This document shows, one piece after another, positions 29,471 through 38,517 of a stretch of DNA of 64,000 bases. Each line of letters opens with the position of its first letter. Positions within the stretch are counted from its first letter, which is position 1. The translations under genes and the position numbers were made by a program. Where the stretch lies: contig JACRHD010000017.1 of the NCBI GenBank assembly GCA_016234115.1, positions 811 to 64,810 on the forward strand. Reading direction: 5' to 3'. This DNA is from Nitrospirota bacterium. Lineage in GTDB: Bacteria; Nitrospirota; Thermodesulfovibrionia; UBA6902. The notes beneath the pieces were generated by a model. It saw nothing but the letters and a program-made list of their open reading frames with translations, did no database searches and had not been told where the DNA came from.

Positions 29471-30490
29471 GTGATAACAATTCTGAAGCATAATGAAGCC
29501 ACCGTTACAGTAGAAGAATTGCCCTCCGGCAAAAACAGGATCATTATTGAGCCCTTGAACCAGAATTCATTTATACGCTGCAAAACATGGGAGACTGTTT
29601 ACCCGCTAAATCTGATAGAGAAGATATTAACGATAAAAGGGCCCAATTGGTTATGTGATGAAATCATGCGTGATGAATCGCCGGATTATGTGCAAGATAG
29701 TTTGAAATATAATTTATTGGGCCATGTAAGTGGTATTTCTTTTTCGAATAAAAAGATTCTGGACTTTGGCTGCGGCAGCGGTTCATCAACGATGATTCTT
29801 GGCAGAATGTTTCCCCATACCGAAATAGTCGGCATAGAACTTGATGATAATTTGTTATCGGTAGCCAGGCAACGATCTACATATTATGGTTTCGATAACA
29901 GAATAAAACTGTTAAAATCACCTGATGCCGATAATTTACCAAAAGATCTCGGAAAATTTGATTACGTTGTATTGCACGCAGTCTTTGAGCATTTTCTGCC
30001 GGGTGAACGAAAAATGCTCTTGCCGAAGATATGGAATCTCTTATACCCGGAAGGGGTCTTGTTTATAGAAGAAACGCCATACAGATATTTCCCAATCGAA
30101 CTTCATACTACACGGCTGCCAATAATTAATTATTTGCCTAATAAAATTGCATTTTACTTTGCTAAGAAATTTTCCAAAAGCAACATAGCAAATGATAGCT
30201 GGAATTCTTTGTTAAGAAAAGGTATAAGGGGTGGTAGTGTTCGTGAGATCCTCGGTATTTTAAACAAATGTAAAGAAAAACCGTTCTTGCTAAAACCTTC
30301 TCTATTAGGAGCTACGGATAGAATCGATCTGTGGTACATGCGATCACGTAAAAGTAGTTTTATTAAGAAAATGTACTTTTTGCTGACTAAGCTATTAAAG
30401 ATGACGACCGGCTTTATCTTTTTGCCGGATTTAAGCTTGGCAATCAAGAAATTGCCGGAAAAAACAGCCATGCGCAGCAGTGAAATATAA
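29471..30490 (+). CDS. Class I SAM-dependent methyltransferase
   Basis: Motif I LDFGCGSGSSTMIL and an acidic motif II (IVGIELDD). It is 339 aa and sits between the MORN gene and the EpsI-like gene. Confidence 0.7.
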   Translation: MITILKHNEATVTVEELPSGKNRIIIEPLNQNSFIRCKTWETVYPLNLIEKILTIKGPNWLCDEIMRDESPDYVQDSLKYNLLGHVSGISFSNKKILDFGCGSGSSTMILGRMFPHTEIVGIELDDNLLSVARQRSTYYGFDNRIKLLKSPDADNLPKDLGKFDYVVLHAVFEHFLPGERKMLLPKIWNLLYPEGVLFIEETPYRYFPIELHTTRLPIINYLPNKIAFYFAKKFSKSNIANDSWNSLLRKGIRGGSVREILGILNKCKEKPFLLKPSLLGATDRIDLWYMRSRKSSFIKKMYFLLTKLLKMTTGFIFLPDLSLAIKKLPEKTAMRSSEI

Positions 30491-30551
30491 CAACAACCGC
30501 TGTTTGGGAGCAGGAGATAAAGTATGGAAATAATCGGGAAGGAATGCTGAT

Positions 30552-31214
30552 ATGACAAAAAAAAGATACATAGTTGTGATTATTTTAATTTCACTGACTC
30601 TTATTGCAAGTTATTCCATTCCAAGAAAACGTTATGCCGGAACAAACATTATTGCCGAATTGAAAATTCCCCGTTCGATTAATAATTGGTCCGGGGTAGA
30701 TGTTACCGACAGACTTGAGATCGGGGTTACGGAAGAAATATATAATTTTATAGGTGATGCAATTGCTTACGAGTATACAAATAAAGAAGGCAGGAAACTT
30801 CTTCTGATTATTCTGGACGCAGGCAATTTTCATCATCCCAATGTCTGTTTTACCAGCGCCGGGTTTGAAATCCGTGAACTTGAAGACACTGAATTTGCTT
30901 CTCCCTCCAATGCCTTCAAAGCCCATACGCTCCTCACAAAAAAGGGGAATGATAATTATTTAAGTTTTTACTGGATAAGCATTGATAATAAAATAGTCCA
31001 TGAGTGGATCGACCAGAAGATAAAACAGTTATATTTTTCCATGTTTAACAAGGGAAGAGTGGGCCTGATGATACGAATCGATATTCCCGCTAATGAAGCA
31101 GATATAGATCAGTCAATTCTGCTTGCAAAGCAATTTATCAGTGAGATAGGCCCGTTACTTGAGACCAGGCAGAGGAGCTTCATTTTTGGTATTGATTCCG
31201 GGGGCCAACTATAA
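30552..31214 (+). CDS. EpsI-like exosortase-associated protein (N-terminal TM anchor + periplasmic domain)
   Basis: 220 aa with a single N-terminal TM helix (IVVIILISLTLIASYSI) and a mixed alpha/beta domain. Position in the exosortase operon and size match the EpsI family. The family call is by context, not by a recognised motif. Confidence 0.45.
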   Translation: MTKKRYIVVIILISLTLIASYSIPRKRYAGTNIIAELKIPRSINNWSGVDVTDRLEIGVTEEIYNFIGDAIAYEYTNKEGRKLLLIILDAGNFHHPNVCFTSAGFEIRELEDTEFASPSNAFKAHTLLTKKGNDNYLSFYWISIDNKIVHEWIDQKIKQLYFSMFNKGRVGLMIRIDIPANEADIDQSILLAKQFISEIGPLLETRQRSFIFGIDSGGQL

Positions 31215-32218
31215 TGAAGAAAGCAAAAACGTTACATGAAAGGTTTGGTTATTTAAAAAGACATTTCTATTCTTTCGCCCCTCATCTGACTATCCGGAAA
31301 CTCTCAAACCTTCTCCTCAATGAGATTGAGATGCGTTTATCTGTCAGTAATCCAAGGAGTCTGCCTCCTTATATAAAGGTGGAACCCAGTATTTTATGCC
31401 AACTACGATGCAAAGGATGCATACAAAGGGACCCGGAATTTAAGAAGCAGTATATCGGAACCAAACCTATCAATCTCGGTGAATTTGAAAAAATCATAGA
31501 TCCTCTCGCCGAAACACTCCTGGGTATCAGCCTGAGTTTTTTCGGCGAGCCGCTTCTGAATAAAGATATTGTCCAGATGATCAAATTCGCTCATGGTAAA
31601 AATATTGCTGTCGGTTTCCCCACAAATTTCTCGTTTAATTTCACCGACGATCAAATAAATCAGCTTGCCGGGTCAGGACTTGATTCTTTATCGGTTTCAT
31701 TAGACGGGGCTTCTGAAGAAACATACCTGAGATATCGTGTGGGCGGTAATTTCAATCAGGTGCTCAAAAATGTTAAATCATTATCGGTAGCCAAAAAGAA
31801 ACTCGGACTTCGGCGTCCGAGAATCATCTGGAAATTCGTTATATTCGATTACAATGAGCATGAAGTCGACATAGTCAGAAACACTTATGCTTCAAGGGGA
31901 TTCGATTCCTACGAGTTTGTCTATAACGTTTCGAGTGACTACTCGAAAAGTCAGACACAATCATACAGAAAAGAACTCTGGAAAAATAAAAAACCCTGCT
32001 ACTGGCTCTGGAATACAATGATCATAAGATGGGACGGAAATATTCACCCTTGCTGCCGAACGGAACAATTCAATTTGGGAAATGCCTTAAAGGAGAATAT
32101 CAAAGACGTCTGGCGGGGGAGAAAGTATTACGCATTAAGAAGAGGGTTTACTAAAAAAGATTACGGGGAGAAATTACATCCGAACTGCAGAAAGTGCATG
32201 GAATCAAATTATTTTTGA
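31214..32218 (+). CDS. Radical SAM enzyme with SPASM domain
   Basis: CX3CX2C (ILCQLRCKGC) and a C-terminal Cys cluster (CYWLWNTMIIRWDGNIHPCC…NCRKC). Its start overlaps the EpsI-like stop by 1 nt. Confidence 0.75.
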   Translation: MKKAKTLHERFGYLKRHFYSFAPHLTIRKLSNLLLNEIEMRLSVSNPRSLPPYIKVEPSILCQLRCKGCIQRDPEFKKQYIGTKPINLGEFEKIIDPLAETLLGISLSFFGEPLLNKDIVQMIKFAHGKNIAVGFPTNFSFNFTDDQINQLAGSGLDSLSVSLDGASEETYLRYRVGGNFNQVLKNVKSLSVAKKKLGLRRPRIIWKFVIFDYNEHEVDIVRNTYASRGFDSYEFVYNVSSDYSKSQTQSYRKELWKNKKPCYWLWNTMIIRWDGNIHPCCRTEQFNLGNALKENIKDVWRGRKYYALRRGFTKKDYGEKLHPNCRKCMESNYF

Positions 32219-32253
32219 ATTTGGTTAATCAGTAGATAGAAACACGCAATAAA

Positions 32254-33366
32254 TTACAGGGTTGATTTTCCTGTGATGATTTTATTGTAAACCTGGAATG
32301 TCTTATAAGCAATATCTTCCCAGTTGTATTTATTCTTAATTATATTCAACTGGGCCTCTCTCTCTTGTACCGGGTTATCTATAAATTCTTTTATTTTTAT
32401 TCTTAGAGCAGTCAGGTCGCCGGTCTTGAAATATCCGGTCTCATTCAGCTCAACACTTTTATTAGCCGGGATATCACTGGCAATGCAATTCAATCCATAA
32501 CTCATGGCTTCAAGCAACACAATAGGCAATCCCTCATAATATGAAGGCAAGACAAACAGACCCGCATGAGTATAGATTTCACGCAAAGGCTTGCCTTTTA
32601 AAAAACCGGTCAATACCACGTTCCTATTTTCTCCCGCTTTGAGTTTAAATTGCCTGCTGTAATTGTCCTCATGATCGGCATCTCCTACTATAGCAAGCTT
32701 CCATTGTTTAAAATGACCCTCGTTAAACGCGGCCAGTAAATCATCAAAACCCTTTTCCGGAACGAATCGCCCCACGCTGAGAATATACTTTCCTTTTTGC
32801 AGACCCATTTTTGTAATATACTCATCGTTGTCGGCAGGATCAGGTATGTCAACTCCATTAGGTATAACTGTGGCCTCCCGGCCATATTTTTTTCTGATAT
32901 CATCAGCTATGTTCCCTGAAATAGCTATAATCTCGTGAGCGAAAACAACTCCGACAAGTTCACATAACTGTAAAAATATTTTTGCCGGTAAACTCCATTT
33001 CTTTCTTTTATAATCCGGCCCGTGATTAGTGATAATAACTTTCATTCCCAGTGCCCGCGCAACCGGCACAAGGAGAGACGGCCCCACTGCGTGAATATGC
33101 ATCAAATCCGGCTGAATCCGGCGAGCTTTCAATACGCTTCTAAACGTGTGCACGAGGGCTTCGAATAATTTACTGCGGGGACAGCTCAGAGGTATTAGAG
33201 AAACGCCCCTGTATTGATCAGCTTTGTCGGAAATATAAGGTTTCCTTGTGAAGACCGTAACCTCGCAACCCAATTTCGCGAGATAAGGATACAGATGTTC
33301 ACAGTGATTCTCAACCCCTCCCTGAACGCCCGGGAATCCGCGAGTGCCTGCGACTGCTATTTTCAT
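32254..33366 (-). CDS. Family-4 (group 1) glycosyltransferase
   Basis: GT-B C-terminal E-x7-E motif (YYEGLPIVLLEAMSYGLNCIAS). Length is 370 aa. Confidence 0.8.
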   Translation of the reverse strand: MKIAVAGTRGFPGVQGGVENHCEHLYPYLAKLGCEVTVFTRKPYISDKADQYRGVSLIPLSCPRSKLFEALVHTFRSVLKARRIQPDLMHIHAVGPSLLVPVARALGMKVIITNHGPDYKRKKWSLPAKIFLQLCELVGVVFAHEIIAISGNIADDIRKKYGREATVIPNGVDIPDPADNDEYITKMGLQKGKYILSVGRFVPEKGFDDLLAAFNEGHFKQWKLAIVGDADHEDNYSRQFKLKAGENRNVVLTGFLKGKPLREIYTHAGLFVLPSYYEGLPIVLLEAMSYGLNCIASDIPANKSVELNETGYFKTGDLTALRIKIKEFIDNPVQEREAQLNIIKNKYNWEDIAYKTFQVYNKIITGKSTL

Positions 33367-33391
33367 AGGTAATGTCTATGCGGCAGAGTTT

Positions 33392-34429
33392 CTAAGAGAT
33401 ATCGGATATCTTCTCACTTTTAACATCCGGGAAGCACAGGTTCGGTTCCATGTTAAGCAATACACGGATTTTATTCTTCATAATCCATTTGACCGGGATC
33501 CCCTTATGCTTCTTCATCACAGGGGCGGCGCTGCCGACCATCCAGCACTGCTTGTCACACGTTTTTACAATGTCCCTGACCCGTTGCGCCTGTCCGCTGT
33601 TCCATATCTCATCAAATGACTCATCTTTTAAATTTCCCATCGGGACTTTTATATTCATCCCGTTACAGGCAAGGATATCGCCGCTGGGGTCCAAGAAACA
33701 CGATTCTTCGCCCATCTCGCACTTCAGAAATCTTTTACCGCCATATATATAATTCATCAGACCGTAATTGAAGTATGCCCTGAACCATTTCTTAACGGAC
33801 CTCGACTTTAGAAGTTCAGCAATAAGCTTTGCAAATTCATTACAGACAGCATCCTTGTTTTCTATTCGATTATCCAGTTTATGAAAATAATGTGAATTAT
33901 GAAGTGTAGCTGTAGCAAATTCATACCCGAGCGCATCGGAAAGCTCATACAACGGCAGAAGGTCCTTGCAATTCATGTCCTGTACCGTCATACCGAACCC
34001 TATGTCCTTCATGCCCATCTTTCTCAATGAAAGAAGCGTCCTTAGTGTTCTGTCGAAGCCTCTCGGTATTTTTCTGATGGTATCGTTGCTTTCCTGAAGT
34101 CCCTCTGTGCTTATTCTGATTCCGAGATCCGGATATTTCTCACATAACTTAATTATCCTCTCAGTGAAAAATCCGTTTGTACTTATAACAATTCGATCAG
34201 TTTTAGGACGAACCGCTTCGATAATTTCCTCTATATCCTGTCTTATGAACGGCTCCCCGCCGGTTATATTTATAAATCTCAATCCGGAGGGTATTTTCTC
34301 GATATCTTTAATCGTTATCTCATCCGCGGCTTTTGTAGGATAATGCCAGACATCGCACATATTACATTTCGCATTACATCTGTATGTAAGGATGACACAT
34401 ATTTCTTTTGGATATGATATCATAGGCAT
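33392..34429 (-). CDS. Radical SAM enzyme with SPASM domain
   Basis: CX3CX2C (YRCNAKCNMC), GGEP SAM motif, and a C-terminal SPASM Cys cluster (CEMGEESCFLDPSGDILACNGMN…CDKQC). Confidence 0.75.
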   Translation of the reverse strand: MPMISYPKEICVILTYRCNAKCNMCDVWHYPTKAADEITIKDIEKIPSGLRFINITGGEPFIRQDIEEIIEAVRPKTDRIVISTNGFFTERIIKLCEKYPDLGIRISTEGLQESNDTIRKIPRGFDRTLRTLLSLRKMGMKDIGFGMTVQDMNCKDLLPLYELSDALGYEFATATLHNSHYFHKLDNRIENKDAVCNEFAKLIAELLKSRSVKKWFRAYFNYGLMNYIYGGKRFLKCEMGEESCFLDPSGDILACNGMNIKVPMGNLKDESFDEIWNSGQAQRVRDIVKTCDKQCWMVGSAAPVMKKHKGIPVKWIMKNKIRVLLNMEPNLCFPDVKSEKISDIS

Positions 34430-34578
34430 GAGATACCGGAACTAATGATATAACTCAATGATTTATTGTTTAAATATACCATATTTTACGATGACATATA
34501 TATAGCTCTTGAAGATGTTTTTGAATCATGCCTCTCGCAGTATATCTGTGAATAATCCGGGTAGCTGACTATATATCG

Positions 34579-35661
34579 CTAAAATTCTATTTTCTTCTTG
34601 GACATCTTTCTAAAGGCAGAATACAATTCTTTCATGGAACGCTTGGTCTGGCAGGTAGTCAAACATAATCTTTTACACTTCAGAATAATATCGCGACCTT
34701 TTTCTGCATCATCTGAATGCCAGATTTCCTCAGGAGAGTTTTTTGTCAAATTGCCGGCCCATATGTTAATGTTGGGACACAGATAAACATCGCCTTCGGG
34801 ATGGACGTGGAAGTTACGGACCCCCACAAGACATCTCCCGCGCGGTACCTCGTCGGTCGTGGCCCCTTTGAAATAATCCTTCCAGCCTGCGATATCGCTC
34901 TCTGCTGATAAAACAGGATAACCTTCCTTCTTCATATCCAAAAGCCGCCTCGATACCTTCTCAACTTTCTCAATATCCCTGATCCAGAAATCCTCCCACT
35001 GCGAGCCGCCGAATTTGAATAACGGTTGAAAATTAACACCCTCTAGTTTTTTATCTTTAGCAAATTTTACAATCCCTTCAAGTTCATCGATATTCACGTT
35101 CAACACTGTCGGTTTCAGTATTATCCGGATTTTCTTATTCTGTCTCTTCATTTCGTAAAGCATGCTTTCCAGGTTTTCCATTACCTTTACAAAAAGGCCC
35201 CTGGTCCCTCTGCTGTAATCATGAGTCTCCGGTTTTATCCCATCAAGAGATATATTTACATTGAAAGGAGATGCGCCGACAAACTTCTGCATTCCTCCAT
35301 GCGGGGTCAGCCCCAAATTAGTGGTGATTCCATATGACAATCCGATCGAAGCGCAGTGCTCGAATATCCCGACGACATCTTTTCTGATAAAAGGCTCTCC
35401 TCCGGAAAATTGGACATGCGCATGTCTATGCCACTTCTTCAGTTGCGACAGCCATCTGGTCCATTCGACAGTCGTCATTTCAGAATGGTCCTTACGTCTC
35501 CAATGATTACACATCAGACATTTTGCATTGCATTTGTACGTAAGCATGGTGGGAATAGTTGCAGGCCTGCAAAGATTGATCCCGGTACCAAGGTAAAGAT
35601 TGCTCGATATCACATTTTTCAGATACCCGACGCTGTAGTTTATCAACTTACTGTCTACCAT
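34579..35661 (-). CDS. Radical SAM enzyme with SPASM domain
   Basis: CX3CX2C (YKCNAKCLMC), GGEP, and C-terminal CLVGVRNFHVHPEGDVYLCPN…CKRLCLTTC. It is a paralog of 33392-34429. Confidence 0.75.
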   Translation of the reverse strand: MVDSKLINYSVGYLKNVISSNLYLGTGINLCRPATIPTMLTYKCNAKCLMCNHWRRKDHSEMTTVEWTRWLSQLKKWHRHAHVQFSGGEPFIRKDVVGIFEHCASIGLSYGITTNLGLTPHGGMQKFVGASPFNVNISLDGIKPETHDYSRGTRGLFVKVMENLESMLYEMKRQNKKIRIILKPTVLNVNIDELEGIVKFAKDKKLEGVNFQPLFKFGGSQWEDFWIRDIEKVEKVSRRLLDMKKEGYPVLSAESDIAGWKDYFKGATTDEVPRGRCLVGVRNFHVHPEGDVYLCPNINIWAGNLTKNSPEEIWHSDDAEKGRDIILKCKRLCLTTCQTKRSMKELYSAFRKMSKKKIEF

Positions 35662-35753
35662 GTTTTACAAGTCCCATACAACCTATTAAAATTATTTATA
35701 ATATTTTTAAATTATCATATGATTGCAATTTAGTCAATTTAACAATAATCCTG

Positions 35754-37151
35754 TCAGGCGGATGCCTCTGCCCACGATGCATTTGTAAGTGCTTTATCTT
35801 CGCAGCCTAATGCCATTCCGATAAAGCCGGTGTAAACAAGAATCATTGATGAAAGGTTTATTCCGTTGCTGGCAGAATACATTATTAATACTGTCGTGCA
35901 AATTATCAACCCGGAATATAAACACTTCATTTCATATGATGTCGCCTGATGTCTTGCCGTATCAAGGATGACAGAAATGAAAATCAGGAAAACAATAAAG
36001 AGACCTGTTCCCATGACTCCGAGCTCCGCCAGAATCTGGGGCCAAAATTGATCTATGCCTCCCCATTTTTCAGCATATGTTTTGGCTATTTCAAAAAAAG
36101 AATACTCACTATAGACATGTGATTTTGTCTTTATTGAAACAACCCCCCCGTACATGCCGGGACCAACGCCCCAGAAAGGTTTGTCACTCCATATCTCTAT
36201 CCCTTTGGTCTTGGCATACTGCCTGAAAGAAATGTATGTGGCATCCTCAATCTTCGTTTCCTTGACGTCACCGGTTAATTCCATTTCAGGCAAATCGGGT
36301 TTCCATACATTTTTCAGTTCCATATCACTTGTATATAAAAATAAATTAACAATCATAATGACAATTGCCGCAGGCGTCGACAAAATCAGGACCCATCTCC
36401 TGCTTTTAAATATCTGCATCCCGGCAAACACCACAAGACCTATATAAGCTATTCTTGATCCGGTAAATATCACAGCAATCACAAGGACCAGCAGGACTGC
36501 GGGATTGACTTTTTCCTTAATATTTTTATAAATAACAATGACAAGCACCAGAAAGAAACTGAAAATGTTGGGGTTGAACATAAGTGAAGGAGTTCTGTAT
36601 AGGCCGAATCTCCATGATCCTTCCGGCATGAGATTCTGTGCGAGAACATATATGCTCTTGTCAAGTATGTCTTTATGTAAAACATAATATGAAGTCATTG
36701 CCCATACTTCCTGAAAAATAGCTATTGCCGCAAGGAACACCGTAACAATCAACAAAGATTTAAATGCCTTTTTCATATCCATAATATTGTTACAGAAAGC
36801 GGCATAAATGAATATGGCAAGGAAATTTTTCATATAATCAAATATCCCGAGTGCCGTTACCTTCAGAGGATTCCCGTTGATTAATCCGGAAACGGTTCCT
36901 GCAAAACACAAAAGCAGAATTGAGAGAAGCAGTATATTAAATGATTGAGCAAAACTCCTTTTCTCTTTCATAAGCTTAACAAGCGACAACGGTAAAATTA
37001 TTATGATTGTTATTTCGTCAAGGTATTTCAGGTACGTTATTAAGTCCGGAATATCATAATTCCACAAGGATACAGTTTCGGTTATCGTTTGCTGAAACGG
37101 CATGAAAAATAGAAGTCCGATCAGCCACCTTCTTATCAGTTTGTCGTACAT
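35754..37151 (-). CDS. Wzy-type polymerase / O-antigen-ligase-like polytopic membrane protein
   Basis: 465 aa with ~11 TM helices and one large periplasmic loop. It sits in the GT-rich operon, the typical position for Wzy. Confidence 0.55.
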   Translation of the reverse strand: MYDKLIRRWLIGLLFFMPFQQTITETVSLWNYDIPDLITYLKYLDEITIIIILPLSLVKLMKEKRSFAQSFNILLLSILLLCFAGTVSGLINGNPLKVTALGIFDYMKNFLAIFIYAAFCNNIMDMKKAFKSLLIVTVFLAAIAIFQEVWAMTSYYVLHKDILDKSIYVLAQNLMPEGSWRFGLYRTPSLMFNPNIFSFFLVLVIVIYKNIKEKVNPAVLLVLVIAVIFTGSRIAYIGLVVFAGMQIFKSRRWVLILSTPAAIVIMIVNLFLYTSDMELKNVWKPDLPEMELTGDVKETKIEDATYISFRQYAKTKGIEIWSDKPFWGVGPGMYGGVVSIKTKSHVYSEYSFFEIAKTYAEKWGGIDQFWPQILAELGVMGTGLFIVFLIFISVILDTARHQATSYEMKCLYSGLIICTTVLIMYSASNGINLSSMILVYTGFIGMALGCEDKALTNASWAEASA

Positions 37152-37163
37152 AATACTCCGAGG

Positions 37164-38471
37164 TTACTTATTGTGAGCTCTCTTGTGCATAGCCAAATCG
37201 TATATCTGCAGCAATTTATCGTAGTGCCGCTGACTATTCAGCTCTCGCTCCGCATAGAGCCGCGCATTCCTTCCCATTTCCGAGAGTCTCGCAGGGCTGT
37301 CAATTATATACCGGAGCTTTTGTGCGAGGTCTTCAGCGTCGCCGCTTTCAAAAAGCAAGCCCGTTCGGCCGTTTTCAATCAATTCGGGGATACCTCCTAT
37401 TCTTGCTCCGATCACGGGCATACCCAAGGCAAAAGACTCTATGACAGATAATGGATTATTCTCATACCACTCTGACGGAATCACTACCGCCCTGCTTCTT
37501 TTAATTTCCCCCCACATACGATCGTGATTCATAAAACCCAGGAAGATTACGTTATCTATTCCTTTTTCCTTTACCGCCTCTTCCAGACGTTTCCTGAGCG
37601 GACCATCTCCGATGATCTTGAATATTATTTTATTATTCCCGGTTCCCGAAGATAGTTCCGCCGCCTTAATCAGGGTCCATAGGCCCTTTTCCTCTGAAAG
37701 GCGGCCAAAATAAACGACGGCCCTTTCCTGTTGTTCTCTCTCTTCGTCGGTCACGGGGCTGAAATCGTTTCTATTCTCGATATCGATAAAATTGGGGAGG
37801 TATACTATCTCTTTCCTGAATCCCATCTCCCTGAATTTGTCCCTGAGGAATAAACTTGGAGAAATAAAAATATCGACATTATCATAAATATCCAAAAACT
37901 TTTGGTGCAAATACATTTCAAGCGTTGAAAGCAGGGTCTTGGAGATCGAATTTTTTACGCATCTTTTTTTCAGCGCCATAAAATATTTCCCGCCGGCACA
38001 GTCTTCGCAGCGCGTTCCATTGGCCCACATGGAATATGAAGTACAAACCATCTTGTAGTCGTGAAGAGTCATTACCACGGGAATATTCCTTTTTCTCAAT
38101 GCCGGCAGAATTGACGGCGAAATATGATGGTAAATATTATGTAAATGAGCAATATCTATTGCCTTGTATTCTTGCAGCATTCTGGAAAGCAGGTCCCTCG
38201 CCTTGAAAGAATAGAGAATTCTTCCCGATATCCTTAACTGCTCAAGCAAATTATAATTGCTCTTTGCCAGCTCCACATTGGGCAGGAAGAAAGGTAAAAA
38301 ATATTTAATATCTCCGTAATTCAGATTCTTATGATGATGCATTGAGAAAAATGCTGATTTATGACCAGCTTTTTCCAAAAGAACGGCTGTCCGGAAATAA
38401 GCGGTTTCCGCTCCCGCCCTCATATAATGAAATTTGTTAATATGCAGGACTGTCAGTTTACGTTTATTCAT
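37164..38471 (-). CDS. Family-4 (group 1) glycosyltransferase
   Basis: E-x7-E motif (EWYENNPLSVIESFALGMPVIG). Length is 435 aa. Confidence 0.8.
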   Translation of the reverse strand: MNKRKLTVLHINKFHYMRAGAETAYFRTAVLLEKAGHKSAFFSMHHHKNLNYGDIKYFLPFFLPNVELAKSNYNLLEQLRISGRILYSFKARDLLSRMLQEYKAIDIAHLHNIYHHISPSILPALRKRNIPVVMTLHDYKMVCTSYSMWANGTRCEDCAGGKYFMALKKRCVKNSISKTLLSTLEMYLHQKFLDIYDNVDIFISPSLFLRDKFREMGFRKEIVYLPNFIDIENRNDFSPVTDEEREQQERAVVYFGRLSEEKGLWTLIKAAELSSGTGNNKIIFKIIGDGPLRKRLEEAVKEKGIDNVIFLGFMNHDRMWGEIKRSRAVVIPSEWYENNPLSVIESFALGMPVIGARIGGIPELIENGRTGLLFESGDAEDLAQKLRYIIDSPARLSEMGRNARLYAERELNSQRHYDKLLQIYDLAMHKRAHNK

Positions 38472-38517
38472 CTCGTCATATGATTATTCAAATAGATTTT
38501 CAGAATATATTCGCCTT

